A stretch of DNA of 62,531 bases, filler included, from Sphacelaria rigidula (GCA_964200075.2; 7 parts of 7 records of this genome joined end to end with filler, not necessarily neighbours in it), one strand, 5' to 3'; positions 38,817 to 51,669 are shown, counted from the whole stretch's first letter. The notes: generated by a model not told the origin, from the sequence alone. Program-made: numbers and translations.

Positions 38817-41800
38817 ATGAAATTATTCTTACTGTCGCTTTTGCCCTGCTCTGCCTTGGCGGGTGGGTCCGTGTCTATATCCATCGCGGATCTTGGTGCT
38901 GTGAACAGCGTGGAATCGTTGGACATCAAAGGTATGTATTTGATACGCCCTAGGCACGTGTGTCGCACAAGTCGGAACAGTTATTGCATACCTGTATTGA
39001 AGGACATTACAAGAGCGTTGATGGCGAGTTGCCGGTCCTGGGCAACCACATCATACTGTACCCTATCGCTCTGTAGCGATTGCCATGTCTACCTCCCGAA
39101 GGCAGTTTGGGTTCGATTTGCTGGGTGAAACATGGCTCGCGTTCATACATTGTACCGAACACTGCAGATATCAAGGGCCAAAGCCGCTAGCTATGGGACG
39201 ATGCCGTGATCGCACCATGTCAGGCCTCTCAGTTATACCGGACCTCGGGGTTGGCTCGAACGATATAGTATATGTACCTGTATACCTAGACTACACCTGT
39301 GCTGTAATTTGCAGTAAAACACACACGGTAAGCTAGAATCTCGACAGCAAATCAAATCTGCATCGCAGAGAGAGCAGAATACGGATGTGGAACTTCTCTG
39401 AAGTACCCCACCAACGTCAACATCATTTCGTCATCGCCTCTACATGCGTGCCCTCTGCCCAAATCGCTGATCCTTTAAATAACCCATTCCAAAATGTCTT
39501 GGTAGGTAACTATGACTGCCAGCTGAACGACAAGGTCACCGGAAAAGCCGCATATAGTTTCAACAAGGACCGCTGTAGGCCCTCCGGTCTCACGGCGTGC
39601 TCCAGTGCGGACACCAAGTATGGCAAAGTGCTCGGAGCTGTGACGGTTGACCCTCAGGTGACTGATTCCACCGCACCTGTACGTAGCACGACGAACCCAC
39701 CAAGACCCGTCGCCATTTACCGACAATGAGTATTTTTTTCGGGCGTGGGCGTTGTTTCCTCTCATCAAACTTCCGCAACTCCGCTAACTAACGCTTGGAG
39801 GTATTAACTTGCAAATGCTTATTTGTACAGGGCTGTGTCACATGTGGTGCTTGTCTGTTATGTACTGTCTTGTTTCGACAACCCCCTTAGCGATTGATAC
39901 TTGGAGTACTTTGACTGTACTGTGCATGTTGATGCTGCGCGGTGTGGGTCCTCTCGCACAACTCTCTCTCTCTCCTTGTATGTTTCGGCTCTGAATCTAG
40001 TTGAAGGCTGGTGATGCCATTCGGGACAGAAACGGTTGCGCTGTATCTCTGGTATGCACGCCAAAGTTTTGAGCTTTTTTTTGCAAGCTTGTGCACGACT
40101 GGGGCCGACAACGTTGCACCAGTTGGGGCGGCGATTCTGCGCCTGCCACAGAACGGCTTAACAGTGCCACAGACGACACCGATCGATGCCTTCGGAAACC
40201 AGTGGGCCTCTGTATCATCAACCAATCAACGGTCCTCCACCACCGTTAGCGATCTTTGCATTGTGTAGTCGCGAGAGACCTATACACAGCCGAACCGCTC
40301 GAGCATTTTTCAAGCACCTCCCCGCGTGAAGGGTTAACCCGCGTGTGCATGCTTTCCCCCTGTACCCCATCTCGTACTTGGGACGTGCTGCACTCTGTAT
40401 CTCAGGAAAAGACTGCTAACGTGGATGCGACGCTGCGCAACGAAGAATTAGGTGCCTTTTCGACAAGTTATAAAGCCAGCGAGGTGAGGAGGTTACAGTC
40501 GTTGAGGAAACGTGACTGCCGTACAGTAGTGTTGGACTGTTGATATTCAGCGACAGCTGCGCTCTAAAGCAAAGCTCAGCACCCTAGATACGACCCCCAA
40601 TATTGGGCACCGCTGTCTCCACAGGCACGACTCGCTTGTTTTGGGTAATATCGCACATGATAAGGGGTCTCTCTACCAGAAAACAACTTCCCGTGTTTTT
40701 ATATCGAATATCGCGCACGACTAGGGGTCTCTCCGTCAGGCAGCAGCTTTCCGTGCTTTTTTTTTTCTTCATCTTATTGGTCTTCTTTTGCTTATTTTGT
40801 AAACACAGTCAGGGGGAGTCCTCGGCGCTTTCAGGTGGACCAGCAACCCGATGCCGTTCCCATTCGCATTGCGCGAGCCCACACCGATGGTGCTCAGCGC
40901 GTCCCACAACATCAAGACCAAGGAGGGGCACATGACCATAGCGGCCAAGCTAAACAACAACTTGGACGGCAAGCTACATCTTCCCTCGCAAGGGGATGCC
41001 GTCATTACGCTCGTAGGATCGCACAGGTCGGTGGGCCGCACGTTCACTTGTATACAAATGCAAGCCCCAAACGGGCCCCTCCCGCACCCAATGCCGCAAG
41101 TCGACCCTCCAGTTGAACCACGGTACACAAAAAACAGGAACAGTTTCTGCCGATAACGCCTTCCGTAAAGTTTCGAGGAGAGTGTGCATTTTGATGGAAC
41201 AAAGCAAAGGGGAGTATCTCTCATTTTATTTCGTGCTGCAGCCACTACTGTGGGCTTGCTTTCATTGCCACCGTATTGAAAGCATGACGCGCCCCGTGCA
41301 TGTACGTGTGAGCGCTGTCACTGCCACGTTGTAGGCAATGACTACGGTTCTCCCAGCGTGGTGCTGCTACACCTTGGGTAATTGGGTGGCTTATGTGTTT
41401 CTGACAACATCTCTGGAACTGTGAGCTCGACATTTGCCGTCCGCAAGACAGTTGCCACATCTAGTCACTACTGTAATTGCCCTGTAATCTACTCTACGCT
41501 TCTGTGATCAACCACTAGCTCACGACACTACTGACTTTTCTGCTGTGCATGAACTGTCTCTTGGCAGCGATTTACTTCGTGAATATATGCACAAACTTAT
41601 GTCCTTGCACACGATTCCACGGCTGCACTGGCGCCCAGCACCGCGCCCGTCAAATATGACGTAAACCTAGGAAATGCTTGCGGTCAATTCCCTGGTAGCG
41701 CGAAAGGTAGGTATGTGCAGCATTCTACAAACGAAGTAAAAGGTTGATCTATAGTTATCCCGTCTCTGGCATGATTCCTCAATAACTCGAACACTCCCAA

Positions 41801-44300
41801 TAAGCCTCCTCTCGACTCAAATTTGGCACAAAACAACGGCCAGCAAATGGTCGGCGTGACTGTCTACCAAAAGCACTACCCGAAAAAAAAATGTCTGGCG
41901 CCCGAGCATTCAACAGTTACACCGTTGTACGGTAGTCGGTTTATTTGTTTGCAGGTGATGTGTGTACCGCAAGAGTTGGGTTTTGGTCTCTGTACTTGAG
42001 CTATCCTGGAGTTACACGTGCTGCGAGCGAATGCCCTCGATTCCCCACGACGCTGGCACTCCCATTGTACGTTAGGGTCAAGACATGAAGTTAGCATCCT
42101 GCACGTTGCGATTATCCCGCAGCAGCCACAGCGTCAGCAAAGTCAACCGTTTCTTGACCATGGCAGCGACGCGTGCTGAACGCCTCACCGCTCCTGACCT
42201 AGCAGACTAGACGCCACGACGAGATGGCGCGCTGATTGCACCTTTGGTGCTCGTGGCTATGTCGCTTCCCACATCTCTGTTGGTTCTTTGTTGCACAGCC
42301 CGGACAAGGACTCAGACGTACGGATGTCGGCAAATGTCCTGGATCTAGCCGGGCAAGGGTTCGGCAAGGGGGCCGTTGGAGTGACGTACAAGCGCGACTT
42401 GGATGCCGTTGCGGTGAGACGACCTGCGGTAGGCTCCAGTAGCTAGTGTTGCACTAGAAATAACTACAAACTTAATTCACAAATGATCGACACGTTTGTC
42501 TCCCGCAGCATTCAAGGCGAGCTCCCGGACGACTTGACTGGCCGATCTGATCACTGCGAGTATTTATTGCTGATATTTCCGCTCGCAAAATCGTTGCTAC
42601 TGGAGAATTGTTAATCGCGTGGACGTAAATAGACACCAGTCGGACACTGTCGCTAACATGAACTTGTCGAAAATATTGTTTAGTTTCAGCTGGTAGGATC
42701 AACCAGCGACTATTCCAACCCTCCCGGTCAAAACTCTCGTCCAATTTTTCAATTGGCACGTAACCAGCAACCTGAACGCTAACGGGGTTAACAAGGTAGT
42801 GAGCCCTTGTTCAAAGCTGTCGCACGATGCGCGGTGGCTTTGGGTGGTCTTGCGTAAGGTAGATATACCCTGGCAAGTCCCCATGCGTACATGCACCCCG
42901 TTGTTGCATATGACATACCTCACCCTATACTGCTCGATATAGTGAAGCCTTGGATTCGCAGCGGAGATGGAAAATGCCAGTAACGCTCACATCGGGAGTA
43001 CAGTAGCTGTAACTGCGTCATGGGTTCGTGGTTCGTTGCTCTCTGTCGTAATGCACAATATAACCACCACCTTCTTATGGATGGGGGAGGGGGAGTTGCT
43101 GTTGCCATGTACGCATTTCGTCGATATCAAGTTGACGCACATTGAATGGGAATTATTATACCTCAAGTTAAATGAAATGCACGTAGCAATTGGTTGCTGA
43201 TGCTTCTCCCAAGAAGTTGCACCCCAGGTGTGCCATCTTCCAAACGATGGGCGACTCTGGTATCCCCCCCTGCTGTTGCAATTGCTGGTGAAACGGTGAA
43301 TACACCGGGGCTGTCTCGCTCCTGAACTTTGCACAGTACGATTAATTCATGCAGTGCCGGCTGCCGCGTTTGCAGGGTGTCATTGCGTTCCTTCTGTCGT
43401 CTGCCTTGTACATGTTGCACAGGAGACCGTCGTCATATTCGTCGTTACAGCACCGAAGTTAGATGTTGATGCATTCGCCGCGCAAGGTGCCCAGTTGTGT
43501 CACAGGTGTCTCGAACAAAATTATTTTCGAGTGTATACTTCGTATTTGCCATCGCACAACCCTCCCTTTGAGCACACGCCCGTGGCGTGAACGTCTCCAA
43601 GCGCTCTTGTCTCGACAACGAACGACTATGCTGCATCCGATCATGAAGGGGGGTTGCGTGAAAGACCTTGGGTAGATCCGTCAACTGTCATGCCCATCGC
43701 CGCTAGCCTTGACGTTGGATACAGGAACTGTCAGGAACTGTACTGTCGACGTGACAGTTTTCCGGCCAGTGATCATATGCCGATGCGTTCTCACTGAGTT
43801 TTACGGTATTTTGAAGTGCTTGTGCAGTAAGTAGCACATGTCTTGAGTGCCTCACGATCAGAGGAGTAAATGGACGCACACATGCTGTGCTACCCACAAT
43901 TCCGCACCAAACTGTCAGCGATGGCAGAGCACTCATTTATTTTTGCAATCGAATCGTTTGTCCGCTAGCCACGGTGGGCTAGTTCGTGGCCTTTCACTGA
44001 AAATGCCGCAGCGTATTGATTGTCGTCACATGATGCAAGTCGGTCCACGGTGCATCCATACGATTGACCACCCCACGCGTTTCTCGTCATATCTTTGTAT
44101 ATATCCTCGGACTTTTTTTGCAGGGCTCCACCTCTCGAGTGACGCTTGAGGGTAAGGACACGGGTGACTACGCCTGGAGCCTGAGCAACACATCCAAGAG
44201 GATGACACTAGTTTTGTCGGGGAAGGGGAAGTTCGCGAAACGAGGGAGTGACAAGGGCGCAGCCAGCACGGTTTCTCTTCGGCAAAGCTTCCGTTTTTAG
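38817..44300 (+). CDS. Complete multi-exon gene: signal peptide plus predicted beta-barrel protein (OEP24-like, stramenopile conserved-unknown type), 284 or 301 aa
   Basis: Exons 38817-38931, 39506-39657, [40001-40051 optional], 40406-40483, 40809-41026, 42299-42413 and 44124-44300. All introns are GT-AG, all phases match and there are no stops. Begins MKLFLLSLLPCSALA, has alternating beta-strand patterns, and ends ASTVSLRQSFRF*. The structure is well supported; the product is inference. Confidence 0.8.
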
Positions 44301-44519
44301 TTGACACACCACATCAAAACACACACCCAGTCAGGGCCCGATTGTCAAAAGCTGGAGCCTTTCCTGGAGCTCTACTCTAGCTGGCAGGACTTTGCGGATT
44401 GATCGAATTAAATTACTGAGGACCAAAGCTGGGGTAGAAATTCGGCGTTTCGCTGTGAGATTTTTTTCTTCGGACCGCATGAGTGATGATGCTGCAAGAT
44501 GCATGTAAAATTTACCTTT

Positions 44520-44600
44520 GCGGGAGGGGCGTACTCATTTGTTGCTTGCCTTGGTCGTTTGACCATTGACCACGCATCCCTTTCGCGATGGTGCCCTGTC
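44520..44600 (+). repeat. Dispersed repeat (also ~45035-45110 and ~46095-46175)
   Basis: tactcatttg.tgcttgccttggtcgttt.accattgaccacgcatccctttcg occurs three times in two contigs. Confidence 0.75.
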
Positions 44601-45634
44601 CCTTTTCCTAACAGGGGAGGGGGGGGGGGGAGACAGAGTNNNNNNNNNNNNNNNNNNNNNNNNNNNNNNNNNNNNNNNNNNNNTTAATTAATTAANNNNN
44701 NNNNNNNNNNNNNNNNNNNNNNNNNNNNNNNNNNNNNNNCCCAGCATGCTTTTTTTTTTTTTTTTCCACTGAGGCCCTTGATATCCCTGGGTAGGATATC
44801 GACGTGTAGCTGTAAGCACACGCAAGTGATGGAGGTAAAGAAAAACACAGGTGGAATAAAAGAATGACTCACTTAAAGGGAATGATCAAAGCCACTCTCA
44901 ATCGTATCATCTACTACTCTCAATCTCACGAAAACACTGTTTGGCGTGTTATGCAGCGTCCTTGCCAACCAACGCCAACCAACGCCAACCAACGCTAACA
45001 ATCGATAAAACGGGAGAAAGAGGGAGGAGGACAGGGGGGGGTACTCATTTGGTGCTTGCCTTGGTCGTTTCACCATTGACCACGCATCCCTTTCGTGACG
45101 GAGCACCGTTCCTATACTCCTAGTAGAGACACCTCCAATATTTGGATGCCCATTACGTTTCTTCCATACACACACACAAAACCTTTTGCATATATTATCT
45201 TGTCCTCGTCATGTTTCGCCGTCTGTGGCCACGATCTATCTCCTATGATGTTTGTTGTCAGGCTGCATGAAGCGCCTCATACGGGCGACATTGGCGAAAA
45301 CGAACTCAAGCGTGGGAATTCCGAGCCGCTCGTTGTTTTCGACTTTTTATTTATTTCGTTTCTTGTGTAAATTTTGTCTCCCCAAACCAGCTGCTTTTTG
45401 AGGGGAAGCTATCGTAGAAAGTGTCCTAAGTGGATTACGTCGAGACCTTCTCCTGGCGGTTGGGACGTAGGTTCGAATCTAGGTGAAGTCACACGATCTG
45501 CGATTTGTCTTCCAACATGCCCAACAAGTAGGTAGTATCTAGGACGCGTGTTTGAGGGGAACGTGCAGTCAACACACGAAATGATTCTGTAGGGGAGAGG
45601 CAAAGAGGAAAGCAAGAATATTAACTTCCCCAAT

Positions 45635-46028
45635 AATGGGATTAAACAAAATAATCAGGTTCAGCTCAAAAACAGTGCTGTCCCCAACCTAAAGTCTTGA
45701 CAGCGACTTTCATATGGACGACCTCATCCTTCTCGACCTGTCTAAAACTATTTGGGGAGATACTTGGCCTCCCGTTCGTTCCCGAAACGGTATGTGGGAA
45801 AGCACGATTTTTGGGCAAAAAACATCCCTTTTTTCATCCCGAAATTGAGGCAAAAATGTGCGTTCGCACACACCCTTTTGGAGAACGGAAGGCTAGAAGT
45901 CCTCCGAAATAGTTCTAAGGAGGTCGGGAGGGGGATGATGTCGTCCATATGAAAGCCATTTATCATGACTTTGGGTCAGGGGAAACACTGCTTTCGAGTT
46001 GAATCTCAAGTTTTTGTTCAACCCCATT
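45635..46028. repeat. ~390-bp foldback inverted repeat (MITE-like)
   Basis: ctttcatatggacgacctcatcc (~45707-) vs ggatgatgtcgtccatatgaaag (~45933-). Arms align out to aatggg...cccatt. Confidence 0.8.
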
Positions 46029-46505
46029 TTTTAGAATCCGTTGTTTAGATCTGAAAAACAAAATAAAACGGATTCCGGTCCTCCGGGAGCGGGGGGGGGC
46101 GAACGTATTCGTGGCGTGGCTTAGTCGTTTGACCATCGACCACGCATCCCTTTCGAGACGGAGCATCGTGCCCCAATCCCAATAAACCCACCTTCAACAT
46201 TCCGCATTCCGGCGTTCACTACGTTTTTCTTCAATACCCCACACAAAACCTTCTACATAATATACAGTATTATCCTCCGGGAGGGGGCGGGGAGGTAATA
46301 CATGTGTGCGAAATACCGCCGTCCTCATACCCCCTTGATGTATACGCATAAAACTTATAAGGCTATAATGTAGGTATCAATGTGTGTTGCATTGGTGTAA
46401 CTTGTGTTCATGTGCGTGTGTTTGAGGCCCTCCGGTGTTTGACCCGAACCAACAGGGCAGCGCAACGGAAATATCACGCTCATTGCGGCGAAAGTAATAC
46501 CATAG

Positions 46506-47857
46506 GGTCACGGATGGATATTGAATTGGTTGGTATGGATCAGAACTGTATACAGCAGTAGCAAGAGCAGGAGATAGATAAGCAGAAAAAAGTTTGAAGA
46601 GAAGAATGGTCGCGTTTTCTCCTGCTGTATGTCAGACCTCGCTTCTCCCCGTAGATTGGTACAACCTGCAGCGCAAGTTTTGGTGATTCCGTGCACTATA
46701 GCTTTGTTCTCCAAAGACAATCAATTGCAGTAAACGCTGCGTTGACCATAGGTAAATGCGGCGGAGGAAGCGACCGCGGAAATCGAAAGACAGCAATCAG
46801 TTACAAAGGGTATGGCTCATATGCAGTACTACTGAAGTATACCAACGGCGCATGCATGTGTAAATGGTAGAGGAGGCCACCGCGTTGGCATATGTCATTT
46901 TCTAATTTCGCTTCCCTTACTGACTTTATTTGTCATTCTGATTTCCGACGCTGATGGGGTTCGGCTTGGACATCCCACCCACAAAGAGGAGACAGTATAC
47001 GTGCTCACGATACTAGATGAGGGCGGGGGGGTAGGCGAGGGCTAAAACTGAGCTGAAAAAAGTGAACATCCTGGAGTATACCGGAGAGAGTTCTGCCCAC
47101 CAATAAGCGTCGGGTGTAAGAAGGTGAGTCTCTTGTGTGATGCGTGGGGGTATGAAGCACGACCACCTCCCCGTGCTGTATGGCACCGATGGCGATGTAT
47201 AGCACCCCCCAGTGACGGGCCCTTGCAGCTCGATTTTCTCAAGGGTTAATGACCCTCCGTTACAGAGAGAGAGCAGATTTATCAAAACAGACCTGAATTT
47301 TATTACCGATGGCATCAATTTGGGTGCCATGGCCGTACAACGTAACACCCTAGCCCTCGATAAATCGGACGCGAGAAACTTGCCGCACCGAAAGAGGGTG
47401 TTAAACTTCGTCATCCAACAGTCCCTACCAAAGGTCCGTGTTACTCAGATGAACTGCCCTTGTTCGCGCTGCTGGGGGACAAGCGTTGTGCGGTACGTGC
47501 GTGTGTGGGGAAGTACAGTTGTGTGGCTTACCAATGATGCACAGTGATGACAAGTTCGGGTCTGATTCCAGGAGTTTGTCGGGTTGTGCGGCTTCGATGG
47601 TTGCTCTTTGTAGTTTTCAGGGTTGCTGTCCGCGAGGGGTGCGTGTTTGCGTTCAGCAATGTTTGCTCAATACGTGTGCTGAAAACAACAGCACAGCCGG
47701 AAAATTCGCCCACGAGGCATGGCACCGCACAAGGCAGGGTATTCCTTATGCCCTGCAACGTGTTGTGCATCACCGTTTCAAGCCAAGCAGCAAACTCTGT
47801 AATGGGCAGATTCTTGTAGTACACGACATTACTCTCGAATGCAGCTGCAATGTTGTT
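46506..47857 (+). pseudogene. Decayed short-intron multi-exon gene, Cys-rich, possibly a DNA transposase N-terminus
   Basis: Exon-like blocks ~46506-46608, 46752-46809, ~46950-47122, 47265-47432 and 47621-47857 (GCCPRGVRVCVQQCLLNTC...) with gt/ag borders and in-frame stops. Confidence 0.35.
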
Positions 47858-48678
47858 GTGAGGACATGACACATGTACCATGACCCGGGCGTTTTACAGC
47901 ACTCCAGGGTACTGTACCGAGCTGTGCTGGACTGGATTGTTGTGCGCTGTCTGATGAGCTGGCTGTACACGGCGTTTAGACCAAGACGAGGAAAGAGTGG
48001 TGTTCCTAGTCGGCGTCGGCAGCGCGTGTTTTTCACATGTGTGTTCAGTCTTCTCGCTAGCTGTAAAAGGTTCCATGACGGCAGATGCGGCAAGGTTGCT
48101 GCGCAAATAATTTTGAAAAATCAGATATTATAATGGATTCTTGGCTCAAGTGACGGTACTTGTACTTCGATTATTTTTGAACATGGTGAGTAGTTTTTAT
48201 AATTTGGCTCTGTCGCAGACGACACTACTGCATACAACAGAACAGTACCTCGTTCTGTACGGTGCTATAATATTAACCTTACTTCGGGCCATTGAATATC
48301 AGAGCGTACGTGGTGACTCTCCCAAATTACCCATCTACAGAAGGCACTTGAAATGCCTGTTCATCATGATCGAAATATCGCACGAGCAAAGTGAGCTGCC
48401 AAAGCGTTGCGGTCATAGGTCGCAGGACTACAAAATGTCGGCATCTATGGCGTGTCCGAATTGACGCCATTTGAACGCAAAACAAAACTCGTAGCGGCTA
48501 CCGCTAGTACACTTTTGTACTGCACTGCAAAAACTCGCCCTCGGTTGTTGTTTGAAAGATCTCTGTGATGTGTAAAGCTTGTGCAGCACTTGTTTCGCGT
48601 GCCTGCACTAAACATGCAAATATCTAAGACGTGAAAGCGCGGCCGATAGGGCGGAAGTCGGAAGTTACCTGTCAACAC

Positions 48679-49269
48679 CAAGGATAGGGAAAACCCCGGA
48701 TGTTCCATATAACCCACCGGTTATAACCGCAACCGTAAGGGGACGAAACCGCACCATCCCCGAGGTTTTTAGCTTTTTGGTGCGCGCGTACCGCCGGTAC
48801 GTGGTTGTATGTCCCTGACCCTCGTGTTCTGTGCGTTTATCGAAGAATAAATGTCTTGAGGGCCGCGCAGCAATCTTGCAGGTGGTTACCATCACACAAC
48901 AATCGACCAACCAGGGCAGGATGGTAGCCAAGTGCAAGCTGTGTGAGAAGATGTTCGCTGGCATGAGCGATCGTATGGCGGCTCACTACGCCAAAAAAAG
49001 CGGCTACCACGTCTCTGAGTGTACCAAAGCAACCCCTGAAGCTACCGCTCTCGGCAAAACACTCTGGACGAGTTCTTGAAGAGGCGGTGTGCTATGTGCT
49101 GTTGTGCCGTGTGAAAATTTTGAAAAGGGGGGGGGGGGCTGGTGGTGGCATCCGGGGTAGGGGGGGGCACCGTCACTCGAAACACCGGATATATCCCTGG
49201 GAAAACCGTATAACCCACCCGCCAACTCCATAACCGGTTATCACCGGTTACGGGTTTTCCCCATCCTTG
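48679..49269 (+). mobile_element. Non-autonomous hAT element (591 bp) retaining a BED zinc-finger fragment
   Basis: TIRs caaggatagggaaaaccc / gggttttccccatccttg; 8-bp TSD gtcaacac / gtcaatgc; subterminal taaccggtta motifs; CKLCEKMFAGMSDRMAAHYAKKSGYHVSEC. Confidence 0.85.
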
Positions 49270-49286
49270 GTCAATGCTGCACCAAC

Positions 49287-49602
49287 CGCTCGCCCCGGCG
49301 ACTCAGTTGGTAACCTCGAACGTTTCTGACGGTTGGGCCGTGGGTTCGAATCTCGGTGCCGCCGCACGATCTTGTTTTTTTTCTCAAGAAATGCCCAACG
49401 GTGGAGAGCGACTATGTCGTGGTTACAAAAAGTTCGACTTCACGGTCGACGAGGGAAAGGGACTGCTGAACCCCTCTCGCGATAAAAAAAACAAGGCAAG
49501 CACCGCAGAAGGAAGGTGGAGAACTCACACAAGGAAAAAGAAAAAACTCCTTTGTCGACCTTCCTCCTGTGTGACCCCGGCTGGTGCGCCGGCGTACACG
49601 GT
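49287..49602 (+). mobile_element. tRNA-headed SINE, family B (3' truncated)
   Basis: ctcagttggtaa A-box, ggttcgaatct B-box, body shared with copies at 50.9-52.65 kb. Confidence 0.8.
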
Positions 49603-50157
49603 TTGATCGATTGATTTGATCGGTTGTCGCACTTTAACTGACCCCCCAGGGATCCAGCCGTGGTCACATGATGGACGTACGTACCCAAGACAAAACAAAA
49701 CTGAAACACCCGCGTACATTCCCGTATTTGTTTAATATATACTCCCATTTTGTCCCTAAAACCACGGATATACCCCCATTTATCTATTCTCATAATATAC
49801 TTGTAAGTCACTGCGATTCTTGGTCACCGGCTTGTGCTGTCTCGGGTTGCAGATGATTCGTACGGGAAGCGAGAGCTTCTAGTAGGGTCCAGCATTCAGC
49901 TTAATATCTATCAGCTCCACAACATAATGCAAGAACCCCATGTGAAGAAAACGATACGATCCCTTTGGCTGCGAACGTGTGGATTTGTGTCTTGATGTCT
50001 GATCCCTTACGGCGGACTTCGTGTGACTTGGTTGTCATGTACCGCACCACCACTACTATTGTATTTCAGTCAAAGGTTTCTAGACGCTCCACCGTCGCAG
50101 GTTTACAGGACGTCGTGTCGATACGCCCTAGATGGCATGTGTCACAGACAGCCTGGC

Positions 50158-50158
<1 letters not shown>

Positions 50159-50201
<43 letters not shown>

Positions 50202-50210
50202 CGCGCGCGC
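50159..50210. repeat. (GT)n then (GC)n microsatellite
   Basis: Direct reading. Confidence 0.95.
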
Positions 50211-50889
50211 GTTTTGTTTCGATAAGATGGCAGCGATTTTTGTCTGTTTTTATTTTCTCATGGGGCGATCACAGGTACCACTTTTTTGAGCCTGGCGGGC
50301 GGTACCCCTGGCCAAGCGTAGTCGGCTCCCCATCCGGCACGGGGATGGCCGCGCCGGGAGACGCGGAGAGCGGAAAGTCCGACGCACCAGAGTCCAGTGA
50401 GGTGAGTGAAGTGTTGCGGTGTTTAGATAGTCATAGCTCACACTCGTACTGAATATACTCCCTGCGTATATCATATCGATGGTCGCTGCAAGCCATGAAT
50501 GGAACACGTAAAAATGTTGGGATAGTTACAATGTGAGTGTTGTCCACTCCATCTATTCTGGACACCGGTCTACACCTTTCGGTATATAACAAGGTTTTCG
50601 CGAAATTGAGAGTAGAGCGCAGATTGAGAGTGGCTTTGATTATTCGCTCCGACTTAGCCAATCTTCCATTCCGTGCGCGCTCTTCTTTGCCTCCATCGCC
50701 GGTATGTGCCTAAAGCTACACGTCGATATCCTACTCAGGGATATCAAGCGCCTCAGTGGCAAGCTACTACAGAAGGAATAATGGGCCTCGTGGAGGGGCA
50801 TTTCGGAACTGAAACGATTCATTCACTGACTGACCGCGTTTCACTCTCAATCGTATCGTCTACTCTCAATATCCCGAATACACTGTTAT

Positions 50890-51293
50890 ATGTGGACGCA
50901 CCAGCCAGGGTCACACAGAAAGAGTGCCAACACCGGAGTTTTTTTTCTTTCTTTGGTTTAGCTTCCACCTTCCTTCCGCGGTGCTTGCCTTTATTTTTTA
51001 TCGCGAGAGGGGTTCAGCAGACCCTTTCCCTCGCGTCGACCAGTATCCGTTAGACCGCGGTCTGGGTAGTCCATCTGGACCACGGGTACTTTTTCAAAGT
51101 GAAAATTGATGTCGATTCAGCAGATGACCTGCTCTCGCGGTCTAAGCGTCGAGTCGAACTTTGTGTACCCACGACATGGTCGCTCTTCACTGTCGGGTAT
51201 TGTGGGAGAAAAAATCCCAGATCGCTCTGAGATTCGAACGCACAGCCCAACCGTCAGAAGGTTTCGAGGTTGCCAACTGAGCCACCGGGGCGA
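50890..51293 (-). mobile_element. SINE family B copy with a small internal TIR insertion (~51050-51145)
   Basis: Head ccaactgagccaccggggcga; internal ttagaccgcg...cgcggtctaa. Confidence 0.7.
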
Positions 51294-51297
51294 TGTA

Positions 51298-51669
51298 ATG
51301 TGTCGTATGTTGTGTTTGTGTTGTGGTCCCATCTCTTCTGGACGCCGGTCTACACCTTTCGGTGTATGGGGGCGCACCGGCCGGGATCACACAGGAGGAA
51401 GGCCAACATATTATATTTTTTGTTTTTTGTGCGTTTTTAATTTGCTACATTTTTTCTGCGGTGCTTGCCTTGTTTTTCTATCACGAGAGGGGTGCAGCAG
51501 TTCCTTTCCCTCGTCGACCATAAAGTCGACTTTTGTGTACCCACGACATGGCCGCTCTTCACTGTTGGGCATTGTGTGAGGAAAAATCCCAGATCGCTCC
51601 GAGATTCAAACCCACGACCTAACCCTCAGAAGGCTTCGAGGATACCAACTGAGCCAACGGGGCGACCGG
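51298..51669 (-). mobile_element. SINE family B, apparently full length
   Basis: Minus strand begins ccggtcgccccgttggctcagttggta...gggtttgaatctc and ends in a (CAACA)-like tail. Confidence 0.85.

Noticed and set aside
43445-43684. GIY-YIG/Penelope-like motif (TTGHLARRMHQH)
   Set aside because: The GIY and YIG motifs are absent; the similarity is too weak.
44520-45110. Same repeat on both sides of the 44640 linker suggesting true adjacency
   Set aside because: It is a multi-copy dispersed repeat, and contig order is explained by length sorting.
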